Positions 38,416 through 48,343 of a DNA stretch of 64,000 nt are shown in pieces. The DNA comes from an uncultured delta proteobacterium (GTDB lineage Bacteria; Desulfobacterota; Binatia; UBA9968). The position numbers and the translations under genes were made by a program. The stretch spans positions 640,001-704,000 of the forward strand of contig CAVTUQ010000002.1 in NCBI GenBank assembly GCA_963737905.1, read 5' to 3'. Position 1 is the first letter of the stretch, and every line of letters starts with the position of its first letter. The notes under the pieces were generated by a model. It ran no database searches. It was not told the DNA's origin and was given only the letters and a program-made list of their open reading frames with translations.

Positions 38416-39888
38416 TCACTCGCCGCCAACCATCTCCGACTGGGTCTCGGTTGCGATCACGACGGACTTCGAGTCGGTGTAATGTTCGATGGCCTCCTCG
38501 CCGTGCTCTTTGCCCAAACCGCTCTGCTTTACGCCACCGAATGGTAGCTCATCATAGATGATCTGTGCGGAGTTAACCCAGGTATATCCGGCCTCGATTC
38601 TCTCGGCCCCGGCCATGGCCCTGTTAATGTCGCGGGTCCAGATGGAAGAACCCAAGCCAAAGATGGAATTGTTGGCCTGTTCTATGGCCTGGTCGAGGTT
38701 TTTGACCCGAACAATCGGCAGGGCCGGGCCGAAGCATTCCTCCTGCAAGAGCCGAGACGAGGGGTCGACGTTCGCCACCAAGGTCGGCTGGAGATAGAAG
38801 CCTTTGTCGTACTCGTCACTCTTGGGTCGCTGAGCTCCGTACAGGAGCTTGGCCCCACGCTTCACCGCATCCTCCACTTGTTCTTCGACCTCTTGGCGCT
38901 GCTCTTTGGTGTGCAGCGGACCCATAAGAGTATCTTTGCTCAGGCCGTTGCCGACTTTGATTTTCTTAGCTTTTTCGACCAGTTTTTCCACGAAAGCGTC
39001 GGCGATGTTGTCAAACAGATAGAGTCGCTTGACTGCCAAACAGGCTTGACCGCAATTGAAAAAACGTCCAACAGACGCGGCGCTCACCGCCCGATCGATA
39101 TCCGCATCGTCGCAGACGATCATCGGATCGCTGCCACCCAGCTCCAAGGTGACGTGCTTAAAGTCCTTAGCGGCGGACTGCATCACCCGTCTTCCGGTGT
39201 CTGTCGCGCCGGTGAAACCAATCTTGCGCACGGTGGGGTTGACCAGCAGTTCTTCACCGACTACGCTTCCTGGGCCGGTGACGACGTTGAGAACTCCCTT
39301 TGGGCCACCGCCATCTTGAATCGCCTTGTCGATCAATTCGCAGACCCGAACATCCGTAAGTGGAGTGGTGCCGGCGGGCTTAACAACTACTGTGTTGCCA
39401 GCCAGCAGCGCCGGGCCGAGCTTGTTACCCATCAAGGATACCGGGAAGTTCCACGGCACGATGGCGCCACATACTCCGAGAGGTTTGCGCAGCACCAAGC
39501 CATGGCGACCGTTATCGAGGACGACCGCGCCGGTCCGGAGGCTCTTTGCCATTCCCCCGTAGTGATCCATAGTGTGAACGAAACGGCGAATTTCCAGTAT
39601 TGATTCGCGCAACGGCTTACCCTGCTCACGGGTGAGAAGGTCTGCAAGTTCCTTTTCTTGTTGAAGAATTAAATGGCCTGCCTGGAGTAATATAGAACCG
39701 CGCTTGGCCGGTGCCATCAGGGACCATTTTTTCAAAGCATTCGCAGCCACATCAATAGCCCGGCGGATGTCAGCAACTGTTCCTTTGGGTACCGAATCAA
39801 CCACCTCGCCCGTAGCCGGATTGCGGACCGGGGTGGTTTCTTTGCTTTCGGAATCAATAAACTCACTGGCGACCAAGAGCTGTGCCAT
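38416..39888 (-). CDS. NAD(P)-dependent aldehyde dehydrogenase
   Basis: IVPWNFP, FTGATDTG, LELGGSDP, FFNCGQAC, EECFGP, PFGGVKQSGLG. Confidence 0.93.
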   Translation of the reverse strand: MAQLLVASEFIDSESKETTPVRNPATGEVVDSVPKGTVADIRRAIDVAANALKKWSLMAPAKRGSILLQAGHLILQQEKELADLLTREQGKPLRESILEIRRFVHTMDHYGGMAKSLRTGAVVLDNGRHGLVLRKPLGVCGAIVPWNFPVSLMGNKLGPALLAGNTVVVKPAGTTPLTDVRVCELIDKAIQDGGGPKGVLNVVTGPGSVVGEELLVNPTVRKIGFTGATDTGRRVMQSAAKDFKHVTLELGGSDPMIVCDDADIDRAVSAASVGRFFNCGQACLAVKRLYLFDNIADAFVEKLVEKAKKIKVGNGLSKDTLMGPLHTKEQRQEVEEQVEDAVKRGAKLLYGAQRPKSDEYDKGFYLQPTLVANVDPSSRLLQEECFGPALPIVRVKNLDQAIEQANNSIFGLGSSIWTRDINRAMAGAERIEAGYTWVNSAQIIYDELPFGGVKQSGLGKEHGEEAIEHYTDSKSVVIATETQSEMVGGE

Positions 39889-39979
39889 GGAATCCTCCGT
39901 TTTGTTTCAGAATTTCAAGAACAATCATGTTCATAGGTGGTTGTCAAGAATTAGCGATGCAACACTAGGCAAACACAAA

Positions 39980-40016
39980 CATAGGGGCCCGACTCGGGGG
40001 AATTCGGGCCCCTATG
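39980..40016 (-). terminator. Intrinsic terminator after the deacetylase gene
   Basis: 13-bp stem CATAGGGGCCCGA...TCGGGCCCCTATG, then TTTGTGTTT on the minus strand. Confidence 0.65.
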
Positions 40017-40054
40017 GATGAAATCAACCTGGTTGAACTGTCTTGTTCGGCGCG

Positions 40055-40912
40055 TTAGGAGCCCACGGCCTCCTTCAGCCGTGTTCGCGGTCGGGCACCG
40101 GACGCCAGTTTAAGGGTCAGCTCGGCGATCTCGCTACCGCGCGCAAACCAAACCCCCTGGTGCTTTTGTATGTACTGGATCATCTCTTTTAAAGCCTTAG
40201 CGCGACCCGGCCGGCTCGAAATATAGGGATGGATCTGAAAAGGACAAAAGGTGGGTCCGTTTTTTGACTCCTCGTAGAGTTCATCGAAAAAAGCTTGCCA
40301 AATGACCTCTGCATCGCTCGGGTTTCCCGAGTCTCTGTGAGTGTAGACCCTGCCGTCACCGAAAGGATGTCTAGGCAGCTCAGCCAGCATACCATTGTCT
40401 CTTTCCCAGACGAAGGGAAGATCATGAGAGAATGAATTACTGTTCCAGAGGAATCCGTGCTCCATCAAGAGTTCTAGGCTATTGGGACTCTGCGTGCAGG
40501 AGCGCCAGCCGACCGGCCGCTTTCCTGTCCGCTTCTCGATCATCTCAATGGTCTTGCGCATGACTTCGCGCTCTTCCTCACGGGTCAGATCCCGCGCGAC
40601 CTCGTGATGATAGCCGTGGCCGGCGATCTCATGGCCTTTTTGAACGATTGCCTTGACCGCTTCGGGATAGCGTTCGGCAATGGCACCGCAGGTGAGAAAC
40701 GTCCCCTTCACGCCGGTCTCGTCCAAGATTCGAAGAATTCTCCAAATGCCGGTCTGGGGACCGTATTCGCCCTGCGTCCATTCCTCGTGGTTGATTCTTC
40801 CGTTGCGATCCGCCTTCACGTCCTCACCGCCCTGAAAATCAAACGTGAGCACGACGGCCATGCGATATCCATCCGGCCAGCTTAGCTTTTCTCTGAAATG
40901 CAGCTCTTGCAT
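40055..40912 (-). CDS. Polysaccharide deacetylase (CE4, PuuE-like) family
   Basis: SWPDGYRMAVVLTFD, GEYGPQTGIWRIL, GHEIAGHGYHH, HPYISSRPGR. Confidence 0.85.
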   Translation of the reverse strand: MQELHFREKLSWPDGYRMAVVLTFDFQGGEDVKADRNGRINHEEWTQGEYGPQTGIWRILRILDETGVKGTFLTCGAIAERYPEAVKAIVQKGHEIAGHGYHHEVARDLTREEEREVMRKTIEMIEKRTGKRPVGWRSCTQSPNSLELLMEHGFLWNSNSFSHDLPFVWERDNGMLAELPRHPFGDGRVYTHRDSGNPSDAEVIWQAFFDELYEESKNGPTFCPFQIHPYISSRPGRAKALKEMIQYIQKHQGVWFARGSEIAELTLKLASGARPRTRLKEAVGS

Positions 40913-41118
40913 GATCCTGTTTCTCCCTTCGATTCGGTATTCTAAGGCTGAATCTCGCTCAAACATAACAAAGAGGGTGACGGAGTTGCAAGGCGATTCT
41001 TGCCTGGCGATTTCAAGCTTGCTCTCAATTTCATCCCTGTGTTAACCATTGGACGTAGAAGACGCTCAGTATCGCAAGACGCAGCTTGGCCAAACTGCGT
41101 TGGGAGGAGTTTGAAACT

Positions 41119-42264
41119 ATGCGAAACGGCTTCAAAATCTTTGACGCGGATACGCATGTGAGACCCGACTCGGATCTTCTTGAACCCTACCTTTCAACAA
41201 CGGCGCTTGCAAAACTCGGCCAGTTCGAGCAGTACCGGACAAAAAACAAAGAAGGTGCGGTCACCTATCTTATGGGTACACGTCACTATAAGCGCCGGCT
41301 CGGAGCTGCTGATGATGAAGCTCCTGAGAATCAAGATTATATGCGGGGCTATAAGAGGCATCAGCACGGCAAACCTGATCCGCTCTGTGAGCGGGACCCC
41401 GCAGCGAGAATCAAAGATATGGATATCGAGGGCGTCGACGTCAATCTGATGCTTCCCTCCGGTTGGTTCGGTGCCTGGACCACAATCGAAGATGTGAGCC
41501 TAGAGATGGCTCTTTATGAAGCTTACCATCGCTGGATGGCAACTTATTGCGGAGCGTTTCCCAGTCGTCTGAAAGGCGTGATTCTCATCTCCGCGCGGGA
41601 TGTTAGCGGCTCTCTGGCTGAGCTCCACCGTTGTGTAAAGGAGTCATGGCCGCTGGCAGTCTTCGTTTATACCCCTTACCAGTTTCCACTCGATCATCCG
41701 GACTTGGAGCCGGTTTGGAAGGCTGCGGCCGAGAACGATTTGGCCATCGCGCTGCACACTTTCACGGTGATGCCGCCCTATGCGCCCGGCGGTTTGGACT
41801 CTTGGGATAATTTGTGGTTGCAAAGGTCAGCGGCTCATCCCTGGTGCGGCCAGCGTAACATGGCTGCGATAATCGGCGCTGGCATCATGGATCGCTATCC
41901 AAATATCAGGGTCGGCACATTGGAGGCCGGCCACGGATGGCTGCCGGCCTGGGTGAATCGCTTGGAAGAACACACCAAGCTCTGTCCTGAAGCTCTGCCG
42001 GAGCTAAGCCAAACGATTCGCGATTATGTAACCGGCGGTCGCTATTTTCAAAGCATCGAGGTCTCAGAGGGAGCGGCGCTCACTCAGATGGTCATTGATC
42101 TTCTGGGCCCCGACATTCTCATGTTCGGTTCGGACTATCCGCACGGCGAAAGCTGGTTTCCGGTGGCCGTGGATACGGTTTTCGGTTGGAACCTTAAAGA
42201 GGATCACATGCGCAAGCTCCTTTGGGACAACGCCGCCCGATATTACCGGCGTTACGCGGGATGA
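41119..42264 (+). CDS. Amidohydrolase_2 family metallo-hydrolase/decarboxylase
   Basis: IFDADTHV, DMDIEGVD, LEAGHGW, MFGSDYPHGES, LLWDNAARYY. Confidence 0.88.
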   Translation: MRNGFKIFDADTHVRPDSDLLEPYLSTTALAKLGQFEQYRTKNKEGAVTYLMGTRHYKRRLGAADDEAPENQDYMRGYKRHQHGKPDPLCERDPAARIKDMDIEGVDVNLMLPSGWFGAWTTIEDVSLEMALYEAYHRWMATYCGAFPSRLKGVILISARDVSGSLAELHRCVKESWPLAVFVYTPYQFPLDHPDLEPVWKAAAENDLAIALHTFTVMPPYAPGGLDSWDNLWLQRSAAHPWCGQRNMAAIIGAGIMDRYPNIRVGTLEAGHGWLPAWVNRLEEHTKLCPEALPELSQTIRDYVTGGRYFQSIEVSEGAALTQMVIDLLGPDILMFGSDYPHGESWFPVAVDTVFGWNLKEDHMRKLLWDNAARYYRRYAG

Positions 42265-43175
42265 GACCGACAACAAGATTGCGGCAGCTCCTGCGACGGA
42301 AAAATAAGGTCCTCGCCGTCCTTGGTGCCCCTAATGCTTTTCATGCGAAGATCATGGAGGCCAACGGTATCGAGGCCTGTTTCGTCGGCACGAGCATCAC
42401 CGGCGGCAACTACACCGGGCTTCCGGATCTCGGCATATTGTCTATGACCGAATGCGTCGAGATTGCCAAGTGGATCGCCCGCAGCGTGAAGATTCCTGTC
42501 ATCCTCGATGGCGATACGGGCCATGGTGGGATCATGGCGGTGCGCCGGCTAGTACGAGAATGCATCGATGCGGGCCTCGCGGGGCTGCGCCTTGACGATC
42601 AACCGTTAGAGCAGAAGCGGCGGACAATGTCCGCCGGTATCTCGATCGTCTCGCGCGAGGAGGCCGTCGCACGCTATCGCGCGGCAGTGGACGCGAAAAA
42701 TGAAATTGATCCCGACTTCGTGATTATGGCCCAGTGTTATGCGCGTAACGCTGTCAACGGCGGCATGGCAGAGACGCTGAAAAGGCTTAGGCTATATGAA
42801 AGGGAAGGGGGCGTCGATTGGGTGCAGTTCGAAGCGCCCCATTCAATCGATGAGATTAAGCGCGCTCGCAAAGCGGTAAGGGGACCGTTTTCGGCCATGA
42901 AAGGTCAATTGCCGAGGGCTCTAAGTCTAGAAGAGCATAAAGATTTACGGCTCAGCGCGGCTTGGTACACGTTCCTTCCCGACCAGGTTCTCAAAGCTTC
43001 GGCCTGGTCCTTCTTGCAGGCCTTTAGAGGGCAGGGTATTCGGGCATGGGAAGAGTTTATCGCTGCAAATCCTGACACGCCGTTTACCGGCGGCAAGAAA
43101 TGGAGCTGGGATGTGACCGGTATGATGGAGCTGAGTACGCTCGAAGCGAAGTATGCCAGCAAGCGGCGGAGATGA
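42261..43175 (+). CDS. Divergent isocitrate lyase/PEP mutase family protein
   Basis: GLPDLGILS, DGDTGHG, LDDQ; the catalytic loop reads KRRTMSAG instead of KxCGH. ATGA overlap with the upstream gene. Confidence 0.8.
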   Translation: MRPTTRLRQLLRRKNKVLAVLGAPNAFHAKIMEANGIEACFVGTSITGGNYTGLPDLGILSMTECVEIAKWIARSVKIPVILDGDTGHGGIMAVRRLVRECIDAGLAGLRLDDQPLEQKRRTMSAGISIVSREEAVARYRAAVDAKNEIDPDFVIMAQCYARNAVNGGMAETLKRLRLYEREGGVDWVQFEAPHSIDEIKRARKAVRGPFSAMKGQLPRALSLEEHKDLRLSAAWYTFLPDQVLKASAWSFLQAFRGQGIRAWEEFIAANPDTPFTGGKKWSWDVTGMMELSTLEAKYASKRRR

Positions 43176-44209
43176 ACCGAATGAGAAGAGTCATTTTTCT
43201 TATCGTCTATGTGAGTTTCTTTACGCCGTCGCTTCAGGCACAGAGCGATTTTTACAAAGGTAAACAGATGAAGATTGTCGTCGGCGCTTCCACCGGCGCA
43301 GCCAGCGATCTCTACGCCCGGGTGGTTGCTCATCACCTGCCCAAACAGATTGCGGGAAAGCCTGATATCATTGTGCAGAATATGCCTGGTGGCGGATCCA
43401 TAACTGCAGCCAACTATGTCTATAGTGTGGCTAAACCCGACGGACTGACTCTTGGAGCGGTTACTGCGCCGGTCTATTTCGCCCAGCTGCTGGGTCGCAA
43501 AGAAGTTCAGTTTGACTGGGGGAAATTCACCTGGATCGGGACGCCGGAAGAGAACGACGAGTTGTTTTTCCTTCGATCGGATCAGCCCTACAAGACGTTG
43601 CTCGATCTCCGCAAGGCCAGCGAACCGCCGCGCTGCGGTGCCTCGGGAGTTGGCAGCACGGGCTTCTATATTCCTAAACTTTTGGAGGAGATTTTCAGGT
43701 TGAAAATCAACATGGTCACTGGATATCCAGGGGCAGCAGACGTGGATGTGGCCGTGGAAAAAAACGAAGTTCACTGCCGCGGGACAACGATCAGCGCTTT
43801 TTTTGGTCGTGAACCCGGTCGAACCTGGGCCAAGAATGGGTTTGTGAGGTTCCTTGTGCAGACAGGGGACAAGAGAAATCATAGACTGCCGGACACGCCG
43901 ACGATCTGGGAATTGATGGACCAAGAAAAGGGAACGGAGGCAAAAAGGCGTTTAGCACGAGTCGTGCTGGGCCCGGGGGCCTTTGGTCGGCCGATTTTGG
44001 CGACGCCGGGGATTCCCACAGACCGAGTCAAGATTCTGCGCGAAGCCTATACGCAGATGCTTAAAGATCCGGAGTTCGTTGCTGATGCAAACAAACGACA
44101 GTGGGAGATAAATCCCGTCAGCGGTGAGAAGCTGGAAGCTCTGGCCAAAGAGGTTATCAATCAGCCGCCGGAAATCATCGAGCGGATGAAAAAAGTAATG
44201 GGAGAATGA
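43172..44209 (+). CDS. Tripartite tricarboxylate transporter substrate-binding protein (Bug/TctC)
   Basis: Signal peptide; FYKGKQMKIVVG...DLYARVVA, VQNMPGGGSITAANY, KPDGLTL, GYPG, ATPGIP. Confidence 0.85.
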   Translation: MNRMRRVIFLIVYVSFFTPSLQAQSDFYKGKQMKIVVGASTGAASDLYARVVAHHLPKQIAGKPDIIVQNMPGGGSITAANYVYSVAKPDGLTLGAVTAPVYFAQLLGRKEVQFDWGKFTWIGTPEENDELFFLRSDQPYKTLLDLRKASEPPRCGASGVGSTGFYIPKLLEEIFRLKINMVTGYPGAADVDVAVEKNEVHCRGTTISAFFGREPGRTWAKNGFVRFLVQTGDKRNHRLPDTPTIWELMDQEKGTEAKRRLARVVLGPGAFGRPILATPGIPTDRVKILREAYTQMLKDPEFVADANKRQWEINPVSGEKLEALAKEVINQPPEIIERMKKVMGE

Positions 44210-44222
44210 TTGGGGGACACCG

Positions 44223-45095
44223 ATGAATATTGAAAAATACATCGTCAAAGCGCGACCGGGGGTCGTCGGCGGAAAGTTCGAGGAAAAGCGGCCGCTACGC
44301 GAGCGCATCGAGCTTCCGGTCAAGAGACACATTTTCATCAACCGTGATTCCCACCCGGATGCCGACATCTATGTCGCGATCCATGAAGCTAAGGATCTGC
44401 CGGCGAACGTGCCGGACTATCAGGTACCCCACTTTCACAACACCGACGAGTTCTACTACTTCATCGGCAATAATCCCGACCTGTCTGGTCTGGAAGGCCA
44501 GATCATCTTCGAAGGTCGGGTGCATAAAATCGTTTCGCCTGCGTGTGTCTATATTCCTACCGGTGCGGTCCACGAGTATAAAGTCACCCGCGGCGCGGGG
44601 ACGGTGACGGTGCTGTTCAGAAACCGCGGTTACACACATGAAGATAAGCAACCTGACGTAGAGAAGGGAAATAGAGAAGCCGCTAAGTTTGCGAGTTACA
44701 TTATAAAACCCGCAGTGCGCCCGACGACCGAAATCAAATATCACACCGACGCGGCGCCCGGAGTACGTTACGTATTCGTAGACGGCAAGCTCAGGCCAGA
44801 AGCAGGCTTTTACACCGTCGTTCGGAGTGTCTCCAACGTCCAGCCGACACAGGCTAACTACGTGGAGAAGCACACACACAACTGCGACACTCAGCACATC
44901 GCGATTGGAACCGGGCCTGAACTTACCGGCCTAAAAATCGAATTCATTATCCGCGACGAGAAAGTGGTTGTCGAGAGCCCGGTGGGCGTATATATCCCGG
45001 CAGGCACGCCACATTGCCAGCGTATTATCGAGGGCTCGGGCCACTTCTTTAACTTCGTCCCGGCAGCCACTTACAACGAGAGTCTGGTTCAATAG
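44223..45095 (+). CDS. Tandem (bi)cupin protein of unknown function
   Basis: Two homologous halves: HFHNTDE...SPACVYIPTGAVH and HTHNCDT...SPVGVYIPAGTPH. Confidence 0.7.
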   Translation: MNIEKYIVKARPGVVGGKFEEKRPLRERIELPVKRHIFINRDSHPDADIYVAIHEAKDLPANVPDYQVPHFHNTDEFYYFIGNNPDLSGLEGQIIFEGRVHKIVSPACVYIPTGAVHEYKVTRGAGTVTVLFRNRGYTHEDKQPDVEKGNREAAKFASYIIKPAVRPTTEIKYHTDAAPGVRYVFVDGKLRPEAGFYTVVRSVSNVQPTQANYVEKHTHNCDTQHIAIGTGPELTGLKIEFIIRDEKVVVESPVGVYIPAGTPHCQRIIEGSGHFFNFVPAATYNESLVQ

Positions 45096-45165
45096 CGATC
45101 GTTACGAATGAGGAGAAAATGTCGAAGGTAAGAGAACGCGAAGCCACTCGAGATTTGGGGGGAAA

Positions 45166-45726
45166 ATGAGCAACGGCGAAAAACGAGACATTGCAGTTTT
45201 TGGTGGCGGTTGTTTCTGGTGTACGGAGGCGGTCTTCGATGAACTAAGGGGCGTGATCTCGGTGGTGTCGGGTTACGCTGGAGGCAATACCAAAAATCCG
45301 ACGTATGAACAAGTTTGCTCGGGAGACACGGGTCATGCAGAAGTGATCCGCATCCAATTCGATCCGACCCAGATTTCCTTCGGTGATCTGATGACCGTAT
45401 TCTTCGCGACTCACGATCCGACGACGCTCAATCGTCAGGGCAATGATGTCGGCACGCAATATCGTTCGGCGATTTTTTATGCCGACGAGGAACAAAAGCA
45501 GGAAGCAGAAGCTTTTATAAAGGAACTCAATGATTCAAAAGCCTTTGGCAAGCCGGTTGTTACGACAGTGGAACCTCTCGGGGAGTTCTATGAAGCCGAA
45601 GACTATCATCAGAAATACTATGCGAATAATCCCTACCAGCCTTATTGCCAGTATATGATTCCGCCCAAGCTGAACAAGTTGCACAAACAATTCAGCGCGC
45701 TCCTGAAGTCGCACGGCAAGTCCTAA
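45166..45726 (+). CDS. msrA: Peptide-methionine (S)-S-oxide reductase
   Basis: [45 protein letters not shown]. Confidence 0.96.
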   Translation: MSNGEKRDIAVFGGGCFWCTEAVFDELRGVISVVSGYAGGNTKNPTYEQVCSGDTGHAEVIRIQFDPTQISFGDLMTVFFATHDPTTLNRQGNDVGTQYRSAIFYADEEQKQEAEAFIKELNDSKAFGKPVVTTVEPLGEFYEAEDYHQKYYANNPYQPYCQYMIPPKLNKLHKQFSALLKSHGKS

Positions 45727-45776
45727 AAGGCTGTCTCTGGGAATTTATCAAGGGCTGCTCTGTAGATTTGATCGAG

Positions 45777-46832
45777 TTAGATCCAACCCAACGACAACAG
45801 GACCGCGGTCCCGGCCATGATGATCAAGCCGAGAGGGACGCCAAGACGCGCCCACTCGGTGCTTTTGATGTGCAACGCGTGGGCGGCGATGATATTCGGA
45901 ATATTTCCCGGAATGAGCATCCCGCCGGAGATCAACAGGCCCAGTAGCGCGCTCTTGATTTGAGCTTCGGTCAACGACGGACCGATTTCGGCCGCCGCTA
46001 GAGTGGCATTGTCCAGGACGGCCGATACCATGTTCATCCAGAACAGAGCTTGGAAGGACATTTTTATCAGATAGGCGTCGATGAGCGGCTTGAAGCCGGC
46101 GCCCAGAAAGATCAGGGCCATGACAAAAACGTAGACCTTCGCCGCCCGCTTAAAGACCTCGCTTAGTTTTTCTTCTCCTTCCTCGGCTGCGAGAGAGGCT
46201 TCGGTATCATCCATGACTTGGCGCACAAGAAATATTCCAACTATGCTCAAGGCGATGACCGCCGGAACTACGTATGGGGCTAGAAATTTAGCCAAGTAAC
46301 CGAAGCCAGCGTGATACGGCGCACCACTCAGCTTGGATACCACGATGGTGGAAAGCGGCTCTCCTAGGGGAGTCAGGGCTGCCCCAAGACCGATCGCAAA
46401 GCAAGCGATGATCGTCAAGTTAACCTCGGCTTGCCGGTGCAGCGGCAAAACCGTGATCAACTCCACCAAGAGCAAGGCGGCGATGATGGCTGAAATGATG
46501 CTTGAGAGGAGACTCAGGATCACAATCCCTGCGCACACGATAGCAGGAAGAGGAACAGTGATCAGCACACGTCGCATTCCTCTGTCCAGGAACCTTCGCG
46601 TATAGTGAAAGAGCACACCCGCCACGAGAACGGCTAGGGTGATATTGATCGGCGCAACGAACCCTTCGTGGATAACCTCCGAAGTCCAAGCGTTGGAGAA
46701 AGTTGCGCTGACGGCTCCCATTACGAAGAGAAAGATTTCCAGATTACTTTCGATCCACCTGTTTAAAAAAGGGCCGATAAGCACAACCGAGAAGATTATC
46801 GTGAGGCCGAACGTCAGTGTGCTGCTGTCCAT
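45777..46832 (-). CDS. DUF1646-family membrane protein (putative ion transporter)
   Basis: IESNLEIFLFVMG, GLGAALTPLGEPLST, SAVLDNATL, GGMLIPGNIPNII. Confidence 0.75.
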   Translation of the reverse strand: MDSSTLTFGLTIIFSVVLIGPFLNRWIESNLEIFLFVMGAVSATFSNAWTSEVIHEGFVAPINITLAVLVAGVLFHYTRRFLDRGMRRVLITVPLPAIVCAGIVILSLLSSIISAIIAALLLVELITVLPLHRQAEVNLTIIACFAIGLGAALTPLGEPLSTIVVSKLSGAPYHAGFGYLAKFLAPYVVPAVIALSIVGIFLVRQVMDDTEASLAAEEGEEKLSEVFKRAAKVYVFVMALIFLGAGFKPLIDAYLIKMSFQALFWMNMVSAVLDNATLAAAEIGPSLTEAQIKSALLGLLISGGMLIPGNIPNIIAAHALHIKSTEWARLGVPLGLIIMAGTAVLLSLGWI

Positions 46833-47234
46833 GGATTAGCTTCTATGACATCGTCCACACTAAGAAGCAATGCGGATGCCGCTGCTTGAGTCGATAAGCT
46901 TGCCAGGAAAAGGGCGTGATGTGGTTCTTAAATTTTATCTAGAAATATCCTGTTTCCGTTGATAAGGTGAGAAAAATTCGTTCACGAAAGTCAGTTATGA
47001 ACCGAAAAACGCGGTTTACCCACGCGACCTTGATCGCGCTAACAACTGACTGCTCATTGCGCGGGCTGCCTGCGCCCAAGAAATGAGCTTGTGTGATTGT
47101 TTAGAACGCGCTCCTCAGGGTTATGGCCCGGATTTGAGTGGGGCAGGACGTGTCGGGTTTCCGAGTTTGTGGTTTGGAATTGAATCATAGGTGGAGAATC
47201 GAAGCTGAATTTAGGTCGTTTCAGGAGGTAGCCC

Positions 47235-48239
47235 ATGGTAATCAGGTTTGCTTTCCTGCTTGTGCTCTTGGTGTTTTGGTCCAGGCTCTCTTTCGGGCAA
47301 TCGCCTGAGATTTTGAGCCAAGCCAAAAAAGAGGGCGAGGTGATTCTCTACACGACGATGACAGTGCGGGACTTCGAGTTTTTCAGCAAGGCCGCCAAGG
47401 AAAAATATCCGTTTCTCAATATCCGCCATGTCTACCTTAGCTCAGGCCGGCAGGTGGCGCGCGTCATGCAAGAGTTTCGGGCGGGTAGAGTACAGGCGGA
47501 TGTTTTGGGCAACAGTCCGGATCCACTGCTGTACTTTAAGGCACAGGGCGTAACCGGTCCTTACCGTTCTTTGGAAAGTAAGAATTTGCTTCAGGGCGCG
47601 TGGGACACGGACGGCTACTGGTCCGGCATCACGACGGACCTGCTTCTTACCGGATTTAATCCCCGAATGATTTCTAAGGCAGCGGTGCCTAAGAATTACG
47701 ATGACTATCTGAAGCCCCAATTCAAGGGGCAAATGGCTATCAATCGTGGGACACCTTATCCATTGTCCGGCATGGTTTCCCTGCTAGGGGAGGAGCAGGG
47801 GATTGCTTACTTCAGGAAGCTCAGCCAGCAAGATCTGAGACCAGTCGAAGGTTACACCCACAACGTCAATATGATGGCCGCAGGGGAATACCCGCTGACG
47901 ATCTTTATGCAGGTCTCCAAGCTCGACGCCATGAAGCGAAAAGAGGCGCCCGTCGACTGGGTTGCCAGCTCGCCGACTCTGGCGACAATTTCCACTGTCG
48001 CGATGATCAAGAATCCGCTCCATCCGGCGGCGGCGCAGCTGCTCATTGACTTCTATCTGTCCCCGGAAGGGCAACGGGCACTTGCGTCGGCTGGAAAAAT
48101 TCCACTTCGTCGCGGTGTCAGGAGCGAGTCTCCCGACGTCGACCAGCTTATGGAAAGCGGCAATCTACACGTCCTACGGCCCGAGGGCGGCTATGACCGG
48201 TACATGAAGATGTACAGCGATTTCTTGGGCATTCGCTGA
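47235..48239 (+). CDS. ABC transporter substrate-binding protein (iron/AfuA-like fold)
   Basis: Signal peptide; AKKEGEVILYT, KEKYPFL, HPAAAQLLIDFYLSPEGQ. Confidence 0.85.
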   Translation: MVIRFAFLLVLLVFWSRLSFGQSPEILSQAKKEGEVILYTTMTVRDFEFFSKAAKEKYPFLNIRHVYLSSGRQVARVMQEFRAGRVQADVLGNSPDPLLYFKAQGVTGPYRSLESKNLLQGAWDTDGYWSGITTDLLLTGFNPRMISKAAVPKNYDDYLKPQFKGQMAINRGTPYPLSGMVSLLGEEQGIAYFRKLSQQDLRPVEGYTHNVNMMAAGEYPLTIFMQVSKLDAMKRKEAPVDWVASSPTLATISTVAMIKNPLHPAAAQLLIDFYLSPEGQRALASAGKIPLRRGVRSESPDVDQLMESGNLHVLRPEGGYDRYMKMYSDFLGIR

Positions 48240-48343
48240 GTTTGGCGCCGCTCTCGAATAAGCCGAGAATTCTCGGCCTGTCCCACCAGATCTCGATAAA
48301 GGGCGTTGCAAAGCGATCGGAGTGAAGTCACAAGGAGAAAACA

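Noticed and set aside
42905-43924. Long antisense ORF (339 aa) and similar shadow ORFs, e.g. 59743-60642 and 38878-39603
   Set aside because: They overlap well-supported genes and have no recognisable motifs, so they are best explained as by-products of codon bias.
46997-47190. Short ORF resembling a broken signal peptide (MNRKTRFTHATLIALTT.../LLIARAACAQ)
   Set aside because: It may be a gene remnant, but no recognisable mature domain follows, so the evidence is too weak.
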